Positions 15,491-22,506 of a DNA stretch of 22,506 nucleotides are shown one piece after another (positions within the stretch are counted from its first letter, which is position 1; every line of letters starts with the position of its first letter). This stretch comes from Bdellovibrionia bacterium (GTDB taxonomy: Bacteria; Bdellovibrionota; UBA1018). Made by a program: the position numbers and the translations under genes. Under the pieces are notes generated by a model. It saw only the letters and a program-made list of their open reading frames with translations, was not told where the DNA came from and ran no database searches. The stretch is from assembly GCA_045805065.1 (NCBI GenBank), contig JBJMMA010000001.1, positions 1-22,506 on the forward strand, in the 5' to 3' direction.

Positions 15491-16510
15491 TCATGAGCAA
15501 GTCAGAATGACTTTGCCAACCGCTTGACGGCTCTGCAGATATGAATGCGCTGCGCTAGCCTCAGCGAGAGGGAAAGTTTTTCCAATCACCACGCGAAATT
15601 CGCCCTTTTCAAAGCATTCTAAAATCTGATGAACGCTCTTTACGGCGATGTCCCGGTTCTTAGGCTCAAAGACTTGAAGGACATTCAGACCAAAAACACC
15701 CTTGTTCTCTTTCATCAACTGGAGAGGGTGAAAGAAAGGGGTTTGAGCGAGTTGCTTGAGGGTCGTAAAGATAGAACGGGTGTTTTTTCTGACCATTCCG
15801 GAAGCACCATAATGGATCACGCGACCTACCGGAGCCGTTCGACGAAAGGAGCGCTTGAGCGCCTTTCCTCCTACCGCATCCAGCATGATATCATAGCGGC
15901 CTGCCTGCGCGTCACTCATCGATTCCCATTCTTCGTTAAGTAAGACATTCTCGGCCCCAAGAGAGCGGACAAGATCCATCTTTGAACGAGAGCCAACCAG
16001 GCCCGTGACTTTTGCTCCTGCTCGCGCAGCAATCTGAATTGCAGCAACGCCCACACCCCCTGCGGCACTTGGAATGAGAACGCGATCGCCTTGACGAACT
16101 CGCGCCATTTCCTCAAGAGCAAGCCAGGCAGTGATAAAATTGACGGGAATTGCGGCGGCTTCGATATCAGACAGGTTTGCAGGTGTTTTCCAGATCTGAT
16201 CTTCCGGCACAACGGTTTCACTCGTGTAACCGCCAAAGCGTGTCGCTCCAAACACACGATCGCCTGGCTTGAATGAAGTGACTGCGGGACCCACTTCAAC
16301 AACGGTCCCGGAAATCTCATAACCTGGCGTAAATGGACGGGGAGGGGCCTCAGGATAAAGTCCCATACGCATCATTAAATCGGCAAAGTTCACTCCTGCG
16401 GCCGAGACCCGAATTTTAACCTCGTTGTGACGCACTGTGGTCGAAGAAGTTTCTACAAGTTCAAGGACTTCGGGGCCGCCATACCGAGAAATTTGAATCG
16501 AATGAGGCAT
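15491..16510 (-). CDS. VAT-1-like NADPH:quinone oxidoreductase (medium-chain dehydrogenase/reductase family)
   Basis: GGPEVL, GVNFADLMMRMGLYP...PFTPGYE, AAGGVG, AHSYLQSRQAVGKVIL. ATG 16510 preferred over TTG 16534. Confidence 0.9.
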   Translation of the reverse strand: MPHSIQISRYGGPEVLELVETSSTTVRHNEVKIRVSAAGVNFADLMMRMGLYPEAPPRPFTPGYEISGTVVEVGPAVTSFKPGDRVFGATRFGGYTSETVVPEDQIWKTPANLSDIEAAAIPVNFITAWLALEEMARVRQGDRVLIPSAAGGVGVAAIQIAARAGAKVTGLVGSRSKMDLVRSLGAENVLLNEEWESMSDAQAGRYDIMLDAVGGKALKRSFRRTAPVGRVIHYGASGMVRKNTRSIFTTLKQLAQTPFFHPLQLMKENKGVFGLNVLQVFEPKNRDIAVKSVHQILECFEKGEFRVVIGKTFPLAEASAAHSYLQSRQAVGKVILTCS

Positions 16511-16516
16511 AGGCGA

Positions 16517-16545
16517 TCTATACAAAAGCGCCAAACGATTATCAA
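16517..16545 (-). promoter_or_regulatory. Putative sigma70-type promoter of the oxidoreductase gene (possibly leaderless)
   Basis: Minus strand TTGATA (16540-16545), 17 bp spacer, TATAGA (16517-16522), then 6 nt to ATG 16510. No SD visible. Confidence 0.4.
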
Positions 16546-16585
16546 AGGCCTTTAATTCTTTTATTCAAATTCCGAGAAGTAGTTG

Positions 16586-18376
16586 ATGACTACCATCAAC
16601 CGCAAATTGACGTTGGCCGGATCGACATATTTTCTGTCGATTGTCTTGTTTTCCCACATGCTCACTCTGTCCGCCTCCACGGTCTGGGCGGATGAGAGTT
16701 TCGAGAAAAAATCCTGCGTCCTTGATTACTTCAGACTCCGGATTTCCATGTATGTGGATGGATTCAAGAAACGGGATATCAAGGAACGTAATCCAAGTTT
16801 TCTGAGCGACTTGGAATACCTTGAGGAAAAGAAAGCACTCGCCGGGTTGGGCGTCGTTGCGACCGAATTCGATCCTAAATTCAAGACACGCGTGCATTTC
16901 ACGGCGACTGCCAAGCCTTTGGAAGATGGAACCATTCCACGAGTGGATCCAGCGGCGCGCGCCAATTACATCTACTTCCATGGATCAGGAACCATGGCGG
17001 CCGGAGGCAATACTTTCTCGGGCAAGCAGAACTCGCTGGCCGGCTTGGGATATAATTCCATCGGCTTTGATTATCCCTGGCACAAAGACGGGAATGTGTC
17101 TCGTGAGATGCTCAATCTTGATAAGTTCACCGACTACCTCCATGAGTTCATTCAGGCGCATCGAGTTCCTGGCCAGCCAACTTACTTAGTGGGACACTCA
17201 TTTGGCCCATCTGTGATTAAAGCTTATGTCAGGCGCCACCCCAAGGGAGCCGATGGAGCTGTTTGGCTGAGTGGTCCAATGGACGATGCTCCTGAGCTGG
17301 AAGAGTGGTCGCAAAATCAGCTCAAGCAGATGCAAGCGTTCTGGACAGACACCAAATCGAATGAAAAGGGCGGGACCTGGGCAGGGATCATCACTCGTCA
17401 AGCCGAGCAGGATGCTGAAAAATTTCCTGATCCGACCGATAATCCTGACTTCAAGCTTCGAGTCCTGATCGGGCAAGATGAAGAATACATTCCGCGAGAT
17501 CTCCAGCATCTCGATGAGAAAGGCATGCCTAAAAAGGGAACGCCTTTAAGTTTTGATTTCTGCGCTTGGGTCAAGAAGCAATTCAAAAACGCCATCTGCA
17601 CTGTTGAGCCAGGCGTAGGTCATATGATCTTTGCTCATCGCGATGCCGAAGGAAGCGATATCATCCTGCGCGAGCTTGCGGCGATCAATGGCGATGATAT
17701 TAGAAACGCCAAGGAGATGAAAAAATCCCTTCCTCAAAGAGTCGAAATCGATATCTTTGCGCAAAAATATCGGTTGGAGCCTCTTTTCAAGAAGTGGTTG
17801 GATGCCAAGGCCGGGCCTGTCGGTTATCTCACGATGCTCAAAGAGCGTGATATGAAAGCCATCAAGGCGCTGCAGACCGAGTGGAAAAGCGTCATTGAAA
17901 ACCGAAACCTCTCCCTGATGAAAAACATCCAGGCTACCGAGCAGTGGGCGCCTGAGTTTTATGCCGAACATAAAGCGGAAATCGACGCGCTCGACCTGAG
18001 CAAGCCGCATACAGCGGACGTAAGCGCAATCGTGTCGACTTACCGTGAGTTCTTGAAGACGGTTAGGGCGGAAGATCGCGAGAAATACGCGGTGACCGAT
18101 ACGAGTGTCTTCATTGTCCCTGAGAAGACTCCAAAACCTCCAAAAGAAGGCAAGCAGCAGAAGGGTGAGAAGCCTGTCGTTACAGAGAAGGCTCCTGCTG
18201 GTGAGAAGCCTGCAGAAGAGCAGAAATCTGCGGCTGAGCAAAAACCTGATTCACACGGGAGAGCGCCGGCTTCAGAAATGCCCGCTACGGAAACGCCTGT
18301 GCCGGCTCACCACTCGTCAGGTGCTTATGACATGTTCATGAACCTGTTCCGCTCAAGCACGGATCTTTCTCCGTAA
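16586..18376 (+). CDS. Secreted alpha/beta-fold hydrolase (lipase/esterase-like) with a C-terminal helical extension and a K/E/P-rich linker
   Basis: Signal peptide ending VWA-D, oxyanion YFHGSG, FDYPWH, nucleophile elbow GHSFG, candidate acid GQDEE, catalytic His GVGHMI. Confidence 0.85.
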   Translation: MTTINRKLTLAGSTYFLSIVLFSHMLTLSASTVWADESFEKKSCVLDYFRLRISMYVDGFKKRDIKERNPSFLSDLEYLEEKKALAGLGVVATEFDPKFKTRVHFTATAKPLEDGTIPRVDPAARANYIYFHGSGTMAAGGNTFSGKQNSLAGLGYNSIGFDYPWHKDGNVSREMLNLDKFTDYLHEFIQAHRVPGQPTYLVGHSFGPSVIKAYVRRHPKGADGAVWLSGPMDDAPELEEWSQNQLKQMQAFWTDTKSNEKGGTWAGIITRQAEQDAEKFPDPTDNPDFKLRVLIGQDEEYIPRDLQHLDEKGMPKKGTPLSFDFCAWVKKQFKNAICTVEPGVGHMIFAHRDAEGSDIILRELAAINGDDIRNAKEMKKSLPQRVEIDIFAQKYRLEPLFKKWLDAKAGPVGYLTMLKERDMKAIKALQTEWKSVIENRNLSLMKNIQATEQWAPEFYAEHKAEIDALDLSKPHTADVSAIVSTYREFLKTVRAEDREKYAVTDTSVFIVPEKTPKPPKEGKQQKGEKPVVTEKAPAGEKPAEEQKSAAEQKPDSHGRAPASEMPATETPVPAHHSSGAYDMFMNLFRSSTDLSP

Positions 18377-18436
18377 TCGAGAGGAGCTGGAGCCCTGAGA
18401 GGACCATGGAACTTTGGGAGGTCGGCCTGGCACTGT

Positions 18437-19810
18437 ATGGGAAGTATCGCGTACATTAAACAATCTTTATTGATGAGCGCGATGTTTCTTCTGAGTATCG
18501 GCCTGTGCTGGGCTGATCCGACGCTATTTCTTCCAAACCCCGCAGATTCGGCAAATGTCAGGCTCAATCTTGCTCAAAATGCCAAGGGAGAGGTTCTTGC
18601 CTCGACCTTCGTGGCTCAAGCCGATCAAGCCGGTCTCACCTATCTTGCGCAGCTTCGAGAAGCCGCAAGGCAGGGGAAACGCACCGTCTATGTCGTCGAT
18701 GCGTTAGGACTGCATATTCCTCGCACGCTTCTGTCTTATCTCGCCTCAGAAGGAGTCGAGATCTATCTCTATCATCCATTTGATTGGAGAAATCCGGGGA
18801 GCTATCTCAAAAGACTTCACTCAAAACTCTTTGTCGTGGATGGCGAGCACTTGGTCATGGGCGACAGAAATGACGGCGATGAGTATGCCGGGCTCAGTAA
18901 AACATCTTATCTAGGTCGCGATGCTTACGTGAGAGGAGAGGCAGCGTCCGACGCGAAGGCTCACATCGAAGAATTGATTCGAAGTTCCGAAGTGACCCGT
19001 TTCAAGCCTCTTCAGCTGAGTGAAATTGAGCGTGCGACCGTAAAAACAAAGCTCGATCGAGCTTACACCAGGCCTCTCGCGCGCAGACTCAGGAAAAGCG
19101 AAGCCTGGAAGAGTAGTGTGATTGCATCCGACTCCGTCGAGTTTTATCACGATCCGATCGGAAAAAAAGGAATCGCTCCTGGCGTGGACCAAAAGATCAT
19201 CGAAGCGATCGATGGAGCGCGTGAGCAGATCATTTTTGAGAATGCCTATGTCGTTCTTTCGGACTCGATGAAACAAGCGCTCAAACGCGCGCGTGCGCGC
19301 GAAGTCCCGATCAAAGTGATCACAAACTCAGCCAAGACCACGAACAGTCCGCTGGTGGGCGCGGTCTGGGAGGATTCCAAGAAGTTCTTGGCGTCGATTG
19401 GAGCCGAAGTCTGGGAGCTCTCAGATCAAGAGAGCGAGAAGCCCAACGGCAAGGTCAAAGAGAGGGTCAAAGAGAAATTCAGAAATATCAGAAAGGCTCT
19501 CAAAGGTAAGTATGAAGCGGGCTCAGGTTTCAATATGCTTCATTCCAAGACGATGCTGATCGATGGCAAGCACTCCTACATTATGAGTTATAACTTTGAT
19601 CCTCGTTCCGAGAATCTCAATATGGAGACGGTGCTTTACGTGAAGGGGCAAGGGTTCGCTGATAAGCTGAACGCCGAGATTCAACAGGATTTCGCCCAGT
19701 CAAAATACAAGCTCGTGGCAGCGAGCGGAAAAGTCCTGGAGCGGGGCGATGAGTCTGGGATTGCCTGCTTTAAACGAAAGCTGATCAAGCTCATCGAGTC
19801 ACAGCTCTAG
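18437..19810 (+). CDS. Phospholipase D family protein (ClsC/YmdC-like), exported
   Basis: Two HxKxxxxD motifs (RLHSKLFVVDG, MLHSKTMLIDG), GDRNDGDEY, SYNFDPRSENLNME, C-terminal IESQL. Signal peptide ending CWA-D. Confidence 0.9.
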   Translation: MGSIAYIKQSLLMSAMFLLSIGLCWADPTLFLPNPADSANVRLNLAQNAKGEVLASTFVAQADQAGLTYLAQLREAARQGKRTVYVVDALGLHIPRTLLSYLASEGVEIYLYHPFDWRNPGSYLKRLHSKLFVVDGEHLVMGDRNDGDEYAGLSKTSYLGRDAYVRGEAASDAKAHIEELIRSSEVTRFKPLQLSEIERATVKTKLDRAYTRPLARRLRKSEAWKSSVIASDSVEFYHDPIGKKGIAPGVDQKIIEAIDGAREQIIFENAYVVLSDSMKQALKRARAREVPIKVITNSAKTTNSPLVGAVWEDSKKFLASIGAEVWELSDQESEKPNGKVKERVKEKFRNIRKALKGKYEAGSGFNMLHSKTMLIDGKHSYIMSYNFDPRSENLNMETVLYVKGQGFADKLNAEIQQDFAQSKYKLVAASGKVLERGDESGIACFKRKLIKLIESQL

Positions 19811-19818
19811 TTGCAGGA

Positions 19819-20874
19819 TTATTTCCCGAACTTCTCAAAGTGCTGGATCAATGTCGTAAGACGAGAAGTGACCGCTTCTACGGTCTTCTCAAGCGGGGCA
19901 GAAAGAGCAAGTCCTGCGGCGTAGTCATGGCCGCCTCCGCCCAGCTCCATCGCGACACGATTGATCACGATCTGACCTTTGGACTTGATCGATACTCTGA
20001 CCTGGCCATCGTCTTCCTCACGGAAGAGACAGACCACTTCGGCATCTTTCAATAAGAGGAGTAGATTGAGGAAGGACTGCGTATCATCCGCGGAGGCTTG
20101 ATGCTTTTTACGAAGGTCGAGCTTCATTTCAAGCCAGGCGAGTTTTCCGCCAGCGCCGACTTTCACGTTCTGAAGCATCGTGCCCAGAAGCTGAAGATGG
20201 GAGACTTCCTTGGATGAATAAATCGCCTGATAGACTTCTTCCGGGTTCACGCCAAGCTCGATCATCTCAGCGGCGATCTGATGAGCTTGAGGCGTTGTGC
20301 GTGCGTAACGAAAGCTGTTGGTATCGGTCATCACCGAGACATAAAGCCCCAGCGCCACGTCCTTGTTGATCTTGGCGAGTTTGAGCTCCTCGAACATGTG
20401 ATGAAGCATCTCACCGATGCTGCTGGATTCCACGTCCGAGACGACCATGGCATGAGGAGGGTAGGTGATCTCCGCGGCGCCTGTGATCTGAGGATGATGA
20501 TCGATGAAGACAATTTTCTTGGCTCTCAACGAGAGCTCCTGCCAGAGCTTTCCAAGGCGTCGCGGATCGTTTGTGTCGACAATGACCCACAGATCGCAGG
20601 TATCCCAGAGCTCCACTTCGCCAGGCCCCAGAAGAATCTGTCCCTTCGGATCCAGGAAGCGATAGCGCTTCGGGAGCCCATCCGGGTTGTAGACGCGGCA
20701 GGCTTTTCTGGCGCGCTTTAAATAGTGAAAGATCGCTGCTTCGGCTCCCAGGCCATCGCCATCTGGAAGCTGATGGGTGGAGATCAGAACCCGTTTTGCC
20801 TGCTCAAGGTATTCTTTGAACTTTATGAACTCTTTTGATTTCGAGAGCGTTTCGCTCGATTTTTTCCCGCTCAA
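19819..20874 (-). CDS. nrnA: DHH/DHHA1 phosphoesterase (NrnA-like nanoRNase / pAp phosphatase)
   Basis: THQLPDGDGLG, VDTND, IDHHP, TDTNSF, GGGGHDYAAG. Start reassigned to TTG 20874, with GAGGAG 7 nt upstream. Confidence 0.88.
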   Translation of the reverse strand: MSGKKSSETLSKSKEFIKFKEYLEQAKRVLISTHQLPDGDGLGAEAAIFHYLKRARKACRVYNPDGLPKRYRFLDPKGQILLGPGEVELWDTCDLWVIVDTNDPRRLGKLWQELSLRAKKIVFIDHHPQITGAAEITYPPHAMVVSDVESSSIGEMLHHMFEELKLAKINKDVALGLYVSVMTDTNSFRYARTTPQAHQIAAEMIELGVNPEEVYQAIYSSKEVSHLQLLGTMLQNVKVGAGGKLAWLEMKLDLRKKHQASADDTQSFLNLLLLLKDAEVVCLFREEDDGQVRVSIKSKGQIVINRVAMELGGGGHDYAAGLALSAPLEKTVEAVTSRLTTLIQHFEKFGK

Positions 20875-20957
20875 GCGATTGCTCCTCGCGACCGATCTGT
20901 TCTTTGTAGGTTGAATGCAACTAATGAATTTGAGCCGCATCGGGGGCGCTGTACCGC

Positions 20958-21329
20958 ATGAAAGACCAAATTGATCCGCTGTACACGATTTTTGAGCAGC
21001 ATCTCTATAATTTTCAGGATTCTGACTCGGACCGCAAGACGTTTATTGTGAATATCGTGAAGGACTATGTGAATCATCTTTCCAAGATGAACATCATGAT
21101 CCCCAAGTCTTTGGAAAACTCTGTCCTCGAAGAGCTCGCTGACCAGGTCAATACGATGCTGGTCAAGAAGATCTATGGTTGCTTGACCATTGAAGATTTC
21201 CAGAGGAAGGCGAGTCCTCCTGCGCGCAAGCAGGCCAAGCGCCGCTACTCTCAGCTTAAAAAATCCGCTGATACCGTCAAAAGTTCGCCACGTCGCTCAG
21301 CTCGAACAGCGCGTGCATCGGGCGCATAA
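20958..21329 (+). CDS. Small hypothetical protein, helical core with a basic C-terminal tail
   Basis: 123-aa ORF that fills the gap between the nrnA and rimK-like genes, with protein-like amphipathic composition. No family recognised. Confidence 0.75.
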   Translation: MKDQIDPLYTIFEQHLYNFQDSDSDRKTFIVNIVKDYVNHLSKMNIMIPKSLENSVLEELADQVNTMLVKKIYGCLTIEDFQRKASPPARKQAKRRYSQLKKSADTVKSSPRRSARTARASGA

Positions 21330-21340
21330 GTATCGTCAAT

Positions 21341-22303
21341 TTATCGGCGGCCTTTGGTTTTGCGTGCGGTTGACTTCTTTGCCCGTTTTCTCGGAGTCCG
21401 AGATGACGGGCTTTTTTTCTGATGAAGAGCGCGCGCGCTTTGCTTGATATGACGAACGATCGTGCCGGCGATATTGAGCCCTGTTGCGCGCTCAATTCCC
21501 TCAAATCCGGGAGAGCTGTTCACTTCCAGAATCATCGGACCTGAACTGCTGTCCATCAGATCCACGCCTGCGATCTCAAGGCCTAAAACCTGCGTGGCGC
21601 GAATCGCAGCCTTCTCAAACTCCTTGCTCAGCTTGACGAGCCTGCCTTCACCACCACGATGGATGTTGGAGCGGAACTCGCCTTCAGGAGCAGTTCTCAT
21701 CATCGCGGCAACAACCTTATTGCCGACCACAAAAACGCGGTAGTCACGGCCTGCGGCCTCAGCCAGAAACTGTTGAATGATCACGTCCTGATCCAGGCCA
21801 CGCAAGGTATCGAGAACGGATCCCAGAGCGATCGGCGTATGAAGCAACATCACGCCCACGCCTTGGGTACCTTGAAGAACCTTCAAGATCACCGGCAAAC
21901 CTTTGACGGCACGTACCGCAGGTTCAAGTCCTTTACGGCTTCGCGACAAAACAGTGGGAGGCACCAGAAGTCCTGCTTCGGTCAGGACTTGGAGACAGCG
22001 CATTTTGTTGCGGCTCTCCGCAATCGCCCAGGAACTGTTCACCGGATACATTCCCAGCGTCTCAAAGTGCTTCACTACCGCAAGGCCATACTCCGTAATG
22101 GATGCGCCAATGCGGGGAAGAATCGCATCATAATGAGGAAGCTCATTTCCCCCGACCAGGATGCGGCTCTGTTGACCATCGACGACAAGCTGGCATTCCA
22201 ATGGATTGATCACATCGCATTGAATCCGCTGCTTCTTGGCTTCCTGAAGAAGTCGCCTGACACTATGAAGATTTTTATTTCGTGAGAGAATGGCTATTCG
22301 CAT
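21341..22303 (-). CDS. rimK: RimK-family ATP-grasp alpha-L-glutamate ligase
   Basis: MRIAILSR...SVRRL, ILPRIGASIT.YG.AV..HFE, GTQGVGV, FRSNIHRGG, AGVDL, EVNSSPGFEGIE. Confidence 0.92.
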   Translation of the reverse strand: MRIAILSRNKNLHSVRRLLQEAKKQRIQCDVINPLECQLVVDGQQSRILVGGNELPHYDAILPRIGASITEYGLAVVKHFETLGMYPVNSSWAIAESRNKMRCLQVLTEAGLLVPPTVLSRSRKGLEPAVRAVKGLPVILKVLQGTQGVGVMLLHTPIALGSVLDTLRGLDQDVIIQQFLAEAAGRDYRVFVVGNKVVAAMMRTAPEGEFRSNIHRGGEGRLVKLSKEFEKAAIRATQVLGLEIAGVDLMDSSSGPMILEVNSSPGFEGIERATGLNIAGTIVRHIKQSARALHQKKSPSSRTPRKRAKKSTARKTKGRR

Positions 22304-22305
22304 AC

Positions 22306-22314
22306 TGGTATAGT
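22306..22314 (+). promoter_or_regulatory. Putative extended -10 element for the rightward lipoprotein gene
   Basis: TGgTATAGT within the 29-bp AT-rich divergent gap, 18 nt before ATG 22333. Confidence 0.35.
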
Positions 22315-22332
22315 TTCTTAAAACTCTATAGC

Positions 22333-22506
22333 ATGAATAGAATCGTGGAAATCAAAGAACTCAAGAAAGTCGTTTGCGCTGCGTCAGCACTGATTGCTGG
22401 TATTGGAATTTACGCTTGCTCCTCGACGCGTCAGGAGCAGAAGGCCCCTCAAGTTCAGGGCGATTCTTGGCTCGGTGTTGTTGCCACGGCAAGTCAGGGT
22501 AATTCG
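22333..22506 (+). CDS. Putative lipoprotein, 3'-truncated by the window edge (not in the ORF track)
   Basis: My translation is MNRIVEIKELKKVVCAASALIAGIGIYACSSTRQEQKAPQ..., open to the end of the window. Basic N-region, hydrophobic core, lipobox IYAC. Confidence 0.75.
   Translation, partial: MNRIVEIKELKKVVCAASALIAGIGIYACSSTRQEQKAPQVQGDSWLGVVATASQGNS

Noticed and set aside
17546..18241. 231-aa minus-strand Leu/Phe-rich ORF
   Set aside because: Mirror of the Lys/Glu-rich codons of the hydrolase.
18437..19810. PLD as an anti-phage or restriction-type nuclease
   Set aside because: It has two HKD motifs, ClsC/YmdC-type flanking motifs and a signal peptide, and no helicase, methylase or other defence gene is nearby.
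21659..22285. 208-aa plus-strand ORF
   Set aside because: Antisense to the well-supported rimK-like gene.
1..22506. Prophage, IS element, tRNA or rRNA
   Set aside because: No integrase, transposase or phage structural motifs were seen, and intergenic gaps are about 85 bp or less with no tRNA-like structure.

Overview
A densely coding bacterial chromosomal segment with about 24 CDS and no rRNA, tRNA, CRISPR array or mobile element that I can recognise. The gene repertoire (GldAFG-like ABC + DUF4340, short M13-like peptidase, divergent UPRTase, secreted hydrolases) suggests Bdellovibrionota or another deltaproteobacteria-like lineage; this is inference only. A run of 16 minus-strand genes spans 862-16510. 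It contains a VAT-1-like oxidoreductase, a gldA/gldF/gldG-like ABC system with DUF4340 and Zn-ribbon/YIP1 genes, a TIGR01777-SRPBCC fusion, a half-size neprilysin-like peptidase coupled to a lipoprotein, and a tightly coupled operon tdk - upp-like - hpt - GHMP (HddA-like) kinase - DUF429 - oppB - oppC. On the left are a 5'-truncated HD-domain protein and a perfect 14-bp tandem repeat that fills the convergent intergenic gap. On the right are a secreted alpha/beta hydrolase + ClsC/YmdC-like phospholipase D pair, a NrnA-like DHH phosphoesterase, a small basic hypothetical protein, a RimK-like ligase and a 3'-truncated lipoprotein. The best candidate for an undescribed system is the salvage operon, which joins base/nucleoside salvage enzymes to a nuclease-fold protein, an orphan sugar kinase and orphan Opp permeases. 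All family calls come from motif recognition by eye, not database searches.
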